From an uncultured Methylococcaceae bacterium (lineage in GTDB: Bacteria; Pseudomonadota; Gammaproteobacteria; Methylococcales; Methylomonadaceae), in NCBI GenBank assembly GCA_903866825.1, contig CAIPPE010000303.1, positions 1,663 to 65,662 of the forward strand: a DNA stretch of 64,000 nt, given 5' to 3'. This document shows positions 28,743-37,558 of the stretch, piece after piece; the first letter of the stretch is position 1; each line of letters opens with the position of its first letter. The notes beneath the pieces were generated by a model. That model searched no databases, was not told the DNA's origin, and worked only from the letters and a program-made list of their open reading frames with translations. The position numbers and the translations under genes were made by a program.

Positions 28743-29866
28743 TAGGTAGTCCTTTGAAGTGATCAATTTAAGGCGCGATGCAGAACTTAATGAACAGTCT
28801 GCAATGATTTTTTAGTGTCCCGCCACTATCAATATGCCTCTAGCCGAAACGATGAATGACTGGCCCAGTCTACAGTGTTATTTGAGCAATTTGATATAGC
28901 GCTAGGAAGTCATGACAGTGTTAAAATGATGACTTATGAGCGGTAGTGAGATACGTTGTAGTGCTGGCGCTGTTTGGGGAAGCGCTGGAAAGACCCACTT
29001 GATAGGTGCAAAAGGTCGGTGGATTTTTGTAAATTTACTTTGAACAATTTGTCCAACCCTTTAAAGCACTTCAAAGTTATGTTGAAGCTCTGGGCCGTTT
29101 TAAAAAGAGAAAATGACTGATTCTCCAGCAGTTCAAATGGACTTTTGAAGCACTCTAAAATGTTAGCTCAGTGGTTGAGTAGGTGTTTGGAGTCGCTTTT
29201 GGGGTCACTGAGTGGGTACTCCAGATAAGCCAAATCATTGGTCGGGTTGTTCCGGGGAGTCGCTATTTTTGCGAAAGATTTTTCCGGGCTTCCTGCTGGA
29301 AAAAATCAGCAAAAATCACGCGACCGCTATTGCCTTTGGCGGCCCCAATTCGTCCTGCTACACTCGCTATACACCCAACAAGGGGTGTGTCGCATAGTTT
29401 CGCAATGACTTTACGCCATTTCGTAATGCCTGCATTTTCACTACGCAAAAAGCGCTTCGTGAAAACACATGCCCTATGGCAACTTAAAAGCGGTCAAGAA
29501 TATCTTCAGCTTAGGCCGACTTATTCGATTTGGTTACTGGCAGAAAAGCTGTTAACCGATAAGTTCTAAGCCATAAGCTATTCGCCCTATTGGATGACTG
29601 TCAACATAAATATAATTTAACTGGAGCAATGTTAAATTCTAAGCTCTAAGACTCAATAATCCTGTTGGACGCTGTCGCTAGCACCGATAATCAGCTCGAT
29701 ATCTTCAGCAACGAGGTCGATATTAACGATGCTCAAACACCCTGACCTCTAGGGAATTTAATTCGACCGCAATTTGAACACCATACGAAGAGTTGTACGC
29801 GGAAATAATGCTTCTGTCACGTTGAATTCATTGCAAAGCTCAAAAATAGGTTATTTCCGTTTCTCG

Positions 29867-30316
29867 TTAATTCTTTCTTAGCACCACAGGTCGAGCATAG
29901 TAATTAAGTATCAACATGCTTTGTGCTCTATTTATTAACCACAATGAAAACAAGAAGCTCAATAAAGCACTGCTGGCAATCCATAAATCTAGATTTGGCG
30001 TTTCTACTGGTAACATTCCATTGGCTATTCCAGCCCCAAAAAAAAGGAAAATCAACGGCAAAAGATATAAAAGCAAAGAGGCACGCAATAACAGACTTTC
30101 ATCAATTGCAACAATAACTTCATCACCCACTTTTAATTGAATATCTGAATCAACTGGGACTTGCTTTTTCTTTATTACGCTGTTCAGAGCATTCGTTGTA
30201 CATGAAGTTTTTTGTTGGCAACCTCCACAAGCACTATTTGACCCACTGGTAACCCAGACTTGCTGATTTTCTATTTTTACCACCACAGCAAGTTCCTCAA
30301 TCATGGTCATCCTCAT
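29867..30316 (-). CDS. RseC/MucC-family membrane protein
   Basis: N-terminal Cys cluster ACGGCQQKTSC followed by two TM helices. An internal ATG at 30304 (MIEEL…) lies 2 nt upstream of the Rieske gene stop and may be the true start. Confidence 0.65.
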   Translation of the reverse strand: MRMTMIEELAVVVKIENQQVWVTSGSNSACGGCQQKTSCTTNALNSVIKKKQVPVDSDIQLKVGDEVIVAIDESLLLRASLLLYLLPLIFLFFGAGIANGMLPVETPNLDLWIASSALLSFLFSLWLINRAQSMLILNYYARPVVLRKN

Positions 30317-30674
30317 TGAGTGTTAAATGTTTCTCGGCAAAATAAAAAACACCCTCTAGTTCTTGCAATCGAAGCGTCTGCAATCGTTGTCCAAAACAAA
30401 CCGGACTTTGACATTCGCCCGTTTTTGGATCAAAAACAAACCCGTGCATTGAACAGCGTAAATATTTTCCAGTTTCATCAAAAATCGCATCCCGCTCACA
30501 ATTTAATAGCCGCTGCATATGCATACAAACATTAATGTATGCATAGGCAATATTCTCAAAGAGAAAAATAATGGCCGAAACAGGCTGTTTTTTATAGCGA
30601 ATTGCGATTGTCAAATAACTAATATTTTCAAGTTCTTGACGAGTACATGCTTTTTTTAATTTCTCGTTAGCCAC
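30297..30674 (-). CDS. Small Rieske [2Fe-2S] domain protein
   Basis: CMHMQ (C-x-H) and CSMHGFVF (C-x-x-H) Rieske ligand boxes. Confidence 0.7.
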   Translation of the reverse strand: MANEKLKKACTRQELENISYLTIAIRYKKQPVSAIIFLFENIAYAYINVCMHMQRLLNCERDAIFDETGKYLRCSMHGFVFDPKTGECQSPVCFGQRLQTLRLQELEGVFYFAEKHLTLNEDDHD

Positions 30675-30846
30675 TTTAGTTTCTCTGATTCGTTTTACAT
30701 ACCTGTCTAATTCTTAAACAGCGCTTATACAACAATTTATTGTGTATGCTAAGAAAATAAATCATTCTGCTGAGATAACCAAGCAATTTTTCTAGGGTAC
30801 CCAAACATAGAGCTGTTTTGTACCCTAAAAAACTAAAGTTAACGCC

Positions 30847-31419
30847 TTATTGCGTTGGTGGAGCAGGCGGTGTTCCCGCAGGTGGAGTAGGTATAGAACT
30901 GCTTGGCGCTGTATTAATGGCACCAGAAGGCGGTGGAGGTGGAACGGTTGAAGGGTGGACTGTGTAGGGTGAACTGGTTGCGCCAGAGAATTGACCCACC
31001 ACGGGTACTTGATGACCTTTAGCATACATACATTGAATATAGGCTGCATCATAGCGCTGTTGATCAGCATACATTGTGTTATTTGACACACCGGTGCCGA
31101 CTAAACTTCCTCCTACCAAACCCGCACCCGCACCTATTGCAGCACCTGGCCCCCCACCTATTGCTGCTCCAGCTGCAGCACCAACTGCCGTGCCGACTGC
31201 AGCACTGGCAATTCCATTATTCACACCTGCCTGACCAGGACTTATACCTCCTATCTGAGAAAAAGCATATTGCTGACAAACCGCATCATCATTACGAAAC
31301 CGATCAAACGTCAGCCCTGTTCCTGGTAACACCATAACGCCAGGACCGGTGGGTAAACTTGCACAGCCTGTTATGGCAAACAGAGCAATAACTAAAACTA
31401 ATATAAATGAACGTGACAT
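30847..31419 (-). CDS. Glycine-zipper lipoprotein with a Pro-rich C-terminal tail
   Basis: Start at the internal Met (MSRSFILVLVIALFAITGCAS; lipobox). Gly-zipper AVGAAAGAAIGGGPGAAIGAGAGLVGG. The longer ORF-track version overlaps the upstream gene. Confidence 0.7.
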   Translation of the reverse strand: MSRSFILVLVIALFAITGCASLPTGPGVMVLPGTGLTFDRFRNDDAVCQQYAFSQIGGISPGQAGVNNGIASAAVGTAVGAAAGAAIGGGPGAAIGAGAGLVGGSLVGTGVSNNTMYADQQRYDAAYIQCMYAKGHQVPVVGQFSGATSSPYTVHPSTVPPPPPSGAINTAPSSSIPTPPAGTPPAPPTQ

Positions 31420-31429
31420 ATGAAACTCC

Positions 31430-31918
31430 TTAGCGTGGTGCAGGGGGGGTAGGCTCAACTTGTTGCCAACCATTGGGGCAGGTTTTGATATAGGGATAAT
31501 AACCTTGAGGATTGCTGCAATAATACCAATAACCCTCTGGATATTGTTGAGTGACTGGGGGAGCTTGTTGAATATAAACAGGCGGTGCAACCGGTACTTG
31601 AGCAACTTGGGGATATGAATAATAAGGATAGCCTCCATATCCATAATAAGGATATCCACCGTAGTAGCCCAAACCATAACCTATACCCAATCCTAAGCCT
31701 ATACCACCGTAATAAGCGCCACGACCATATCCACCATATCCGCCACCTCCATAGAAATGACCGCCACCGCCACCAAAGTGACCACCACCGCCGCCAAATC
31801 CTCCGCCGCCGTGTCCGCCACCGCCGCGTGCCCAAGTGTAATTACTGGCCATCAATACGATAAGAACCATAGCCAACCTCATCAGTACAATCATAATCTT
31901 TTTCATAGAGTTCTCCAT
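31430..31918 (-). CDS. Secreted Gly/Tyr-rich low-complexity protein with a Cys-containing C-terminal module
   Basis: Signal peptide, then GGGGHGGGGFGGGGGHFGGGGGHFYGGGGYGGYG…, then EGYWYYCSNPQGYYPYIKTCPNGWQQVEPTPPAP. Confidence 0.6.
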   Translation of the reverse strand: MENSMKKIMIVLMRLAMVLIVLMASNYTWARGGGGHGGGGFGGGGGHFGGGGGHFYGGGGYGGYGRGAYYGGIGLGLGIGYGLGYYGGYPYYGYGGYPYYSYPQVAQVPVAPPVYIQQAPPVTQQYPEGYWYYCSNPQGYYPYIKTCPNGWQQVEPTPPAPR

Positions 31919-32227
31919 ACCGCGTCAGCGGCATTCACAAAAATTGACTTCGACCACATAAAGCAAAAAGACATTCTTCAATCTTTCGCTATTCAATCAA
32001 ATAACATCTTAGAAAAGGGCAGTAAAAATCTCTATTGAATGCTACAGGATATAATTAAGGAATCTTGGATAATTATTAAGCAATTAGCAGACCACAAATA
32101 TCCAAGTCTTTAAATTCAATAGTTCAGATGATATTGACTCAAAATAGTTCCAACCCGAAAGTAGAAATAAACCGATTAATCATTCATTTCAGGTTGAAAA
32201 CAACCAGCTTCGAAGCTGAAGAAAAGA

Positions 32228-32267
32228 TTCAAACCATCTGGTTCAATGCAAGCATAGATGGTTTGAA
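32228..32267 (-). terminator. Terminator hairpin downstream of the pilin gene
   Basis: 12-bp stem TTCAAACCATCT / AGATGGTTTGAA, followed on the minus strand by a T-rich tract (TCTTTTCTTC). Confidence 0.5.
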
Positions 32268-32278
32268 GTTGATATAAA

Positions 32279-32761
32279 CTAAACTTTTGGCAAGTACTTA
32301 CTGATATTTGTACCTGTACCGGCCACTGTCCAAGAGGTTCCGGCATCTGGACTACAGGCCGCTGTGTAGACAATAGAGTCACCCGCTACGACACCCGAGC
32401 CAATGGCTTTCAACACTATCGTCACTGTGCCAGACAAAACTACCGACGTTCCTGTTGTCGCTGCACCAACAGCTGTCACCGATGTGGTGTACTTTCCATT
32501 AATAGCAGTGGCAACGCCTAAATTTAAAGAGGCATTATCGACAGCGGTACTGCCTAAAGTACCCTCACTACACGCCACGCTAATCGCTGTCAATGCAGGT
32601 GTAGCTAAACTGACGGCTTCTGTTACCTTGGCTTTAATCGTGTAATCCTGATAAGCAGGTACTGCGACTGCAGCCAAGATACCAATAATCGCGACCACGA
32701 TCATTAATTCAATTAACGTAAAACCTGGCATTATTTTTTTTGTAACTGATAAATTGTTCAT
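32279..32761 (-). CDS. pilA: Type IV pilin (PilA-like major pilin)
   Basis: Prepilin leader and conserved N-terminal helix [40 protein letters not shown]. Start at the internal Met (32761). Confidence 0.9.
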   Translation of the reverse strand: MNNLSVTKKIMPGFTLIELMIVVAIIGILAAVAVPAYQDYTIKAKVTEAVSLATPALTAISVACSEGTLGSTAVDNASLNLGVATAINGKYTTSVTAVGAATTGTSVVLSGTVTIVLKAIGSGVVAGDSIVYTAACSPDAGTSWTVAGTGTNISKYLPKV

Positions 32762-32911
32762 GAGTAAATTCTCTTGGGAGTAAAAAATCAAATCACAATA
32801 AATGGGGATACCGGCTTATGTATACGGATAAATTATGATACTGTTTTAGTCGAACGATGGAAACCCAAGTTATGAGCAAATCAAAATACTAGAACTATAG
32901 ATCAAACTTGG

Positions 32912-32927
32912 AGCAACACTTATACCA
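32912..32927 (-). promoter_or_regulatory. Candidate sigma-54 promoter for the pilin gene
   Basis: The minus strand reads TGGTATAAGTGTTGCT, with GG and GC at the canonical -24/-12 spacing of TGGCAC-N5-TTGC. About 150 nt upstream of the pilin ATG. Confidence 0.4.
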
Positions 32928-33041
32928 TAGTATTATTATTGAAAGTATGCGTATTAATACGTAATTAAACATTACCCACTGAGATTATTTATTTAACAAT
33001 CCTGAATAACTAACAACCTCGTTGAGCAGACCACCCACTGT

Positions 33042-33686
33042 TTAAGCGCCTAACAGAAGCTCTATTCTACGAAACACATCTGAAAACATGTCCTTCGTCA
33101 GACGCTTTGTTTGTACGTTATAACGACTGGTATGATAAGAATCTATTAATATTTGGCCGTTTGATAGTTGATGAACCGCATTATGTGAAAAAGGCACATT
33201 ACTCGACTTTAAGTTATAAGCTTTTAACACAGCTAGATGAGCAACAGTTCCTAACGCAAGAATAACAGCGTTATTAGCTAGTGTATTTAATTCAGCAGCC
33301 AAAAACTGATTACACTGAGTTATTTCATGACCAGTCGGTTTATTTTGCGGCGGTAAACATTTAACAGCATTTGTAATTCGACAGCCTTTAAGCTCCAAGC
33401 CATCGTCTAATGATTCAGATTTTAATTGATTACTGTAACCAAATTCATACAGGGCTTCATAAAGCAACAAGCCCGCATAATCCAGGGTAAAAGGTCGACC
33501 CGTTGCATTAGCACCATGTAAGCCTGGAGCTAAACCGACAATTAATAGCCTAGGATTTTCATCGCCAAATGGGGCAACAGGACGTGCATGATAGGCAGGG
33601 AATTTTTGTTTAACCTCACATAAAAAATCATTTAGCCGTTTGCATTGACGACAGTCCTGATCAAATATTTCTTTTGAATATATCAA
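33042..33686 (-). CDS. Uracil-DNA glycosylase superfamily protein (family 4/5-like)
   Basis: LLIVGLAPGLHGANATGRPFT motif and C-terminal HTSRYN motif. Confidence 0.75.
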   Translation of the reverse strand: MIYSKEIFDQDCRQCKRLNDFLCEVKQKFPAYHARPVAPFGDENPRLLIVGLAPGLHGANATGRPFTLDYAGLLLYEALYEFGYSNQLKSESLDDGLELKGCRITNAVKCLPPQNKPTGHEITQCNQFLAAELNTLANNAVILALGTVAHLAVLKAYNLKSSNVPFSHNAVHQLSNGQILIDSYHTSRYNVQTKRLTKDMFSDVFRRIELLLGA

Positions 33687-33691
33687 CTCAA

Positions 33692-34240
33692 TTATTCTCT
33701 TACTGGTTTCTTGTCCAGCTTTCTTTGCAATGTCCGCCTGTGCATATTTAAAGCTCTTGCCGCCGCAGAAATGTTACCATCATGTTGCATCAATACTTTC
33801 TGCAAATGCTCCCATTCCAAGCGCTTTACCGAAAGTGGGTTTTCACTAATCAGAACCGAGGAATCACCTTCATTTTTACTCAAGGCGGTCACAATTTCAT
33901 CAGCGTTGGCAGGCTTGGTTAAATAATGAATCGCCCCAAGTTTTATCGCTTCAACAGCCGTCGCGATACTGGCAAATCCTGTCAGCATAACAATTCGGGT
34001 ATTATCATCTAATGAAATCAGCTTTTTTACCAACTCTAAGCCTGATTCATAACCGATACGCAAATCAATAACCGCATATTCAGGAATATGCTTTTCAGCC
34101 ATAAAAATACCATCAGCAACATTAGTGGCCATTACGACATCGTAATTTCTTTTCTCCAGGGCTGATTTTAAAACCTTACAAAATGTTTCATCATCATCAA
34201 CAAGCAACAAGCGAGGATTATCCGTTTCCAAAATGGTCAT
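33692..34240 (-). CDS. regA: Redox-responsive response regulator RegA/PrrA/ActR family
   Basis: Receiver domain plus a near-invariant C-terminal HTH NISAAARALNMHRRTLQRKL. Confidence 0.85.
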   Translation of the reverse strand: MTILETDNPRLLLVDDDETFCKVLKSALEKRNYDVVMATNVADGIFMAEKHIPEYAVIDLRIGYESGLELVKKLISLDDNTRIVMLTGFASIATAVEAIKLGAIHYLTKPANADEIVTALSKNEGDSSVLISENPLSVKRLEWEHLQKVLMQHDGNISAAARALNMHRRTLQRKLDKKPVRE

Positions 34241-35600
34241 CAGTAGTCTCTGTATTTAAGAGAGGGAGTGTAATTTCAACAATAGCCCCCCCAGAATCGC
34301 TATTGTAATGTTTAATGATACCGCCTAAACGGGTAATTGTGGAGTACGTCAAAAATAAACCAACTCCTAAGCCACGTTTTTTGCTGATAACCGGTTGTTT
34401 ACCTGCAAACTCAACGATCTCGGGTGGAAAGCCAGGACCAAAGTCTCTTATTTTGATCTCGATATTATTTAAATCCCAACTAGCGTGAAACTCAATACCC
34501 AATTCAGGCGGTGACGCTTCAGCGGCATTATTTAAAATGTTAATCAACGAATGCGTTAAGGTGCGCTCGGCGATGATTTTAGCATCTGTTTCGACATGGG
34601 GATCAATAAAATAATTGAGTTTAACTCCTGATTCATGGGTTCTCCATTGGTTGATGACATCATCTATATAATCTATCAATAACATTACACTACCTGATTC
34701 AGCGCGCACTTCCCCAGCAGACGCAGACATTACTGAAAGCGCTTCCTTGCATCGATTAATTTGCTGTTGAATGATAGACATCTTTTCGTAGAGTTCTGGA
34801 TAACGATGGCTGGGGTATTCTTGACCCAACTCATGAGAAACTATCGCTATAGTACCCAAAGGCGTTCCCATATCATGAGCAGCACTGGCAGCCAGAGTAC
34901 CCAAAGCAATCACTCTTTCATCTCTTAATGCATTCTCCCGTGCCTTGGCAAGACTTCTTTCCTGAACCCTCAAAGTTCTAGCCAGCTCAACAACAAAAAA
35001 TGCGACTAAACCCGCACTAAATACAAATCCGAACCACATCCCAAACATATGTAAGCTAAAATAACTTTTATCATTCATTACATGGGCATGTTGTAGCAAT
35101 AGATAGCCCTCTGCATCAGATTTCATGAGTTCCGGATCAGGCATATGTGGCTCTATCGATGGCAAGGGGACGTTAAAAGCAATTAACATCGTATACAGGG
35201 ATGTGGTCAATATGACCATATACCACGCATACGCCTGCGGCAACATGATAGCGGTGATAATAAGGGGTAGCAAAAACACCCAGGTAATTGGATTTGAAGC
35301 GCCCCCCGTTAAATATAACAAAGCGGCAATAGCAAAAACATCAAGGGATATTTGGGAGAAAATCTCCAGCTCTGTCACCAGATCATCGGCCTGCATACGC
35401 ATTGATGTATATAAATTAGCTGCACCGGTTGCTAAAACGACCAGCCAAAGCTGCTGTTCGGGCAAGCGTATTCCAAGTCCATGCACAGATAAAACAATCA
35501 GCAATACTTCACAACATATCATCAAATTCCTAAGAATATACAACCACTTTAAATTTTGCCGAAGGGATACTTCTGATTTTGGTGATATATGTGAAAGCAT
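34218..35600 (-). CDS. regB: Sensor histidine kinase RegB/PrrB/ActS family
   Basis: Six N-terminal TM helices. H-box AASAAHDMGTPLGTIA and G-boxes DFGPGF / GLGVGLFL. Confidence 0.85.
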   Translation of the reverse strand: MLSHISPKSEVSLRQNLKWLYILRNLMICCEVLLIVLSVHGLGIRLPEQQLWLVVLATGAANLYTSMRMQADDLVTELEIFSQISLDVFAIAALLYLTGGASNPITWVFLLPLIITAIMLPQAYAWYMVILTTSLYTMLIAFNVPLPSIEPHMPDPELMKSDAEGYLLLQHAHVMNDKSYFSLHMFGMWFGFVFSAGLVAFFVVELARTLRVQERSLAKARENALRDERVIALGTLAASAAHDMGTPLGTIAIVSHELGQEYPSHRYPELYEKMSIIQQQINRCKEALSVMSASAGEVRAESGSVMLLIDYIDDVINQWRTHESGVKLNYFIDPHVETDAKIIAERTLTHSLINILNNAAEASPPELGIEFHASWDLNNIEIKIRDFGPGFPPEIVEFAGKQPVISKKRGLGVGLFLTYSTITRLGGIIKHYNSDSGGAIVEITLPLLNTETTDDHFGNG

Positions 35601-35827
35601 TTAATAGATAAAAATGAATTTAAGAGAGAAAGGTTTTTATGCCTTATACTCTAAAAAGTCATCTGCGACAATATGTCACATTTTTATTTGCATTAGCTAT
35701 TGATATTATTAAGCTAACTTTTAAAGCTTTATAAAAGCTTTTAGCTGAAAGTTGCGTTATATCACTCCTAATAGTTTTTAAGGCGGTTTAATTACCGCCT
35801 TTTTTTTATCGGTCATACCGTAAAATG

Positions 35828-36460
35828 TTACGCAAAATTAACACCTAAGCCTTTCAAGCCACAATACCCCATGGGTTCTTTAGCAAGATATTGCTGATGA
35901 TAATCTTCCGCGTAATAAAAAACATCTGCCGATCTAATTTCTGTAGTTATTGAGTCAAAGCCTGCCTGAGTTAAAAGCACCTGATAATCATGTTTTGACG
36001 CTAATGCCTCACCAAGCTGTGCTTCACTATTAGTATAAATTCCTGAGCGATATTGTGTTCCCACGTCATTGCCTTGTTTCATGCCTTGAGTCGGATTATG
36101 CGAGGTCCAGAACACTCTGAGTAGCTCAGAGTAAGCTATTATTTCTGGATCATATATAACTTTAACTACTTCATTATGTCCAGTTAATCCGGTACACACT
36201 TCCTCATAGGTAGGATTAGGTGTATAACCACCACTATATCCTACTGCAGTACTGATTACTCCCTGCTTTTGCCAGAATCTTCGTTCAACGCCCCAAAAAC
36301 ATCCCATACCAAAACAGGCCTCGTGTAAATGGGCAGGAAAAGGCGGCGCAATCGGATAACCCGTTACAAAATGCACATTTGTAATCACCATGGGAGTATC
36401 TCTTCCCGGCAATGCTTTTGAAGGTTCAGGTAAAGTAAGCTTTTTTGATGTTAAAATCAT
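35828..36460 (-). CDS. msrA: Peptide-methionine (S)-S-oxide reductase
   Basis: Catalytic GMGCFWGVE motif over the full length. Confidence 0.95.
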   Translation of the reverse strand: MILTSKKLTLPEPSKALPGRDTPMVITNVHFVTGYPIAPPFPAHLHEACFGMGCFWGVERRFWQKQGVISTAVGYSGGYTPNPTYEEVCTGLTGHNEVVKVIYDPEIIAYSELLRVFWTSHNPTQGMKQGNDVGTQYRSGIYTNSEAQLGEALASKHDYQVLLTQAGFDSITTEIRSADVFYYAEDYHQQYLAKEPMGYCGLKGLGVNFA

Positions 36461-36553
36461 AACCTATAATATTTTGGTAGCTAGTGAGTTATTATTCATT
36501 TTCATCTTACTGTTTTTTTTGATTATAGCAACCCAACTTTTAAAGAGAGATAA

Positions 36554-37423
36554 ATGATAGAGCAAGATGTCTTACGCAGATTTATATTTGAATCATTAGG
36601 TATCCGTGGGGAGTGGGTAAAACTCACCACCAGTTGGCAAATAGCCAAGCAACATCAACAAGGTCCTGAGAATGCCCAATTACTATTAGGGCAAGGTTTA
36701 GCGGCTGTTGTTATGCTCTCAGCTACTATCAAATTCAAAGGCTCAATGATACTTCAGGCTCAAGGTGATGGTGACTTTAAAGCACTGGTTGCCCAATCAA
36801 CTCACGATAAGAAAATTCGTGGATTAATCCGTTGTAATGACGACGTTAACAACGGCTCACTGGAATCAACCTTTGGTAAAGGTCAATTAGTGTTAACCAT
36901 TGAGCCCGATGAGGGACAACCTTACCAGGGTATTGTACCCTTAGAGGGCGAAAATCTAGCCGCCGCCTTACAAACTTACTTTGAGCAATCCGAGCAGCTC
37001 AATACCCGGCTGTGGCTAATTGCTAATGAAACTTATGCGGTGGGTTTGCTGCTACAAGAATTACCTGCTCAAGCTACCGATAAAACGGGATGGGAGCGCA
37101 TTGAGATTTTAGCCAATACCATTACAGAAAAAGAATTGTTAGCCTGGGATTGTGAACAACTCCTTTACAATCTGTTTAATGAAGATCAGATCAGATTGTT
37201 TGATAGTGAACCTGTCCAGTTTGAATGTTCTTGCGGTCGTCCCAGAATTGAAAGAACCTTACGGGCATTGGGCGCAGAGGAACTAGAATCCATATTGAAA
37301 GAACAAGGCAAAATTGAAGTGGGCTGCGAGTTTTGTGGTGAACACTATACCTTTGATAAAGTTGATGTGAGCACCCTACTCCTCCGGGAAAAGGGGATTG
37401 CCCCCTCGGATACTCTACACTAA
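36554..37423 (+). CDS. hslO: Redox-regulated chaperone Hsp33
   Basis: C-terminal zinc centre CSCGRPR…GCEFCGEHY. Confidence 0.95.
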   Translation: MIEQDVLRRFIFESLGIRGEWVKLTTSWQIAKQHQQGPENAQLLLGQGLAAVVMLSATIKFKGSMILQAQGDGDFKALVAQSTHDKKIRGLIRCNDDVNNGSLESTFGKGQLVLTIEPDEGQPYQGIVPLEGENLAAALQTYFEQSEQLNTRLWLIANETYAVGLLLQELPAQATDKTGWERIEILANTITEKELLAWDCEQLLYNLFNEDQIRLFDSEPVQFECSCGRPRIERTLRALGAEELESILKEQGKIEVGCEFCGEHYTFDKVDVSTLLLREKGIAPSDTLH

Positions 37424-37558
37424 AGTTACTACTGACCTCCTTAACTTAATGGCATTGGAGTGCCCCCCCCCATTGTTAACAGAACAGTCGAAATTTAATG
37501 TAAACTCATCGATAATGCTACGTTTTTTAACCAAAATACAGGACGTTTATAATCAGTT

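Noticed and set aside
29183-29569. 128-aa, 61-aa and 61-aa ORFs overlapping in three frames
   Set aside because: No recognisable motif, mutual overlap and atypical composition. Treated as non-coding or debris rather than genes (see the finding on 28690-29866).
30847-31677. 276-aa version of the glycine-zipper ORF
   Set aside because: Its first 86 codons overlap the upstream Gly/Tyr-rich gene in another frame and are not protein-like. The internal Met (31419) gives a clean lipoprotein signal peptide.
31455-32038. ORFs 31455-31835 (-), 31585-31863 (+) and 31757-32038 (+)
   Set aside because: These are alternative-frame readings of the GGN-repeat DNA of the Gly/Tyr-rich gene (R/W-rich or H/R-rich nonsense). 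They are artefacts of low-complexity sequence.
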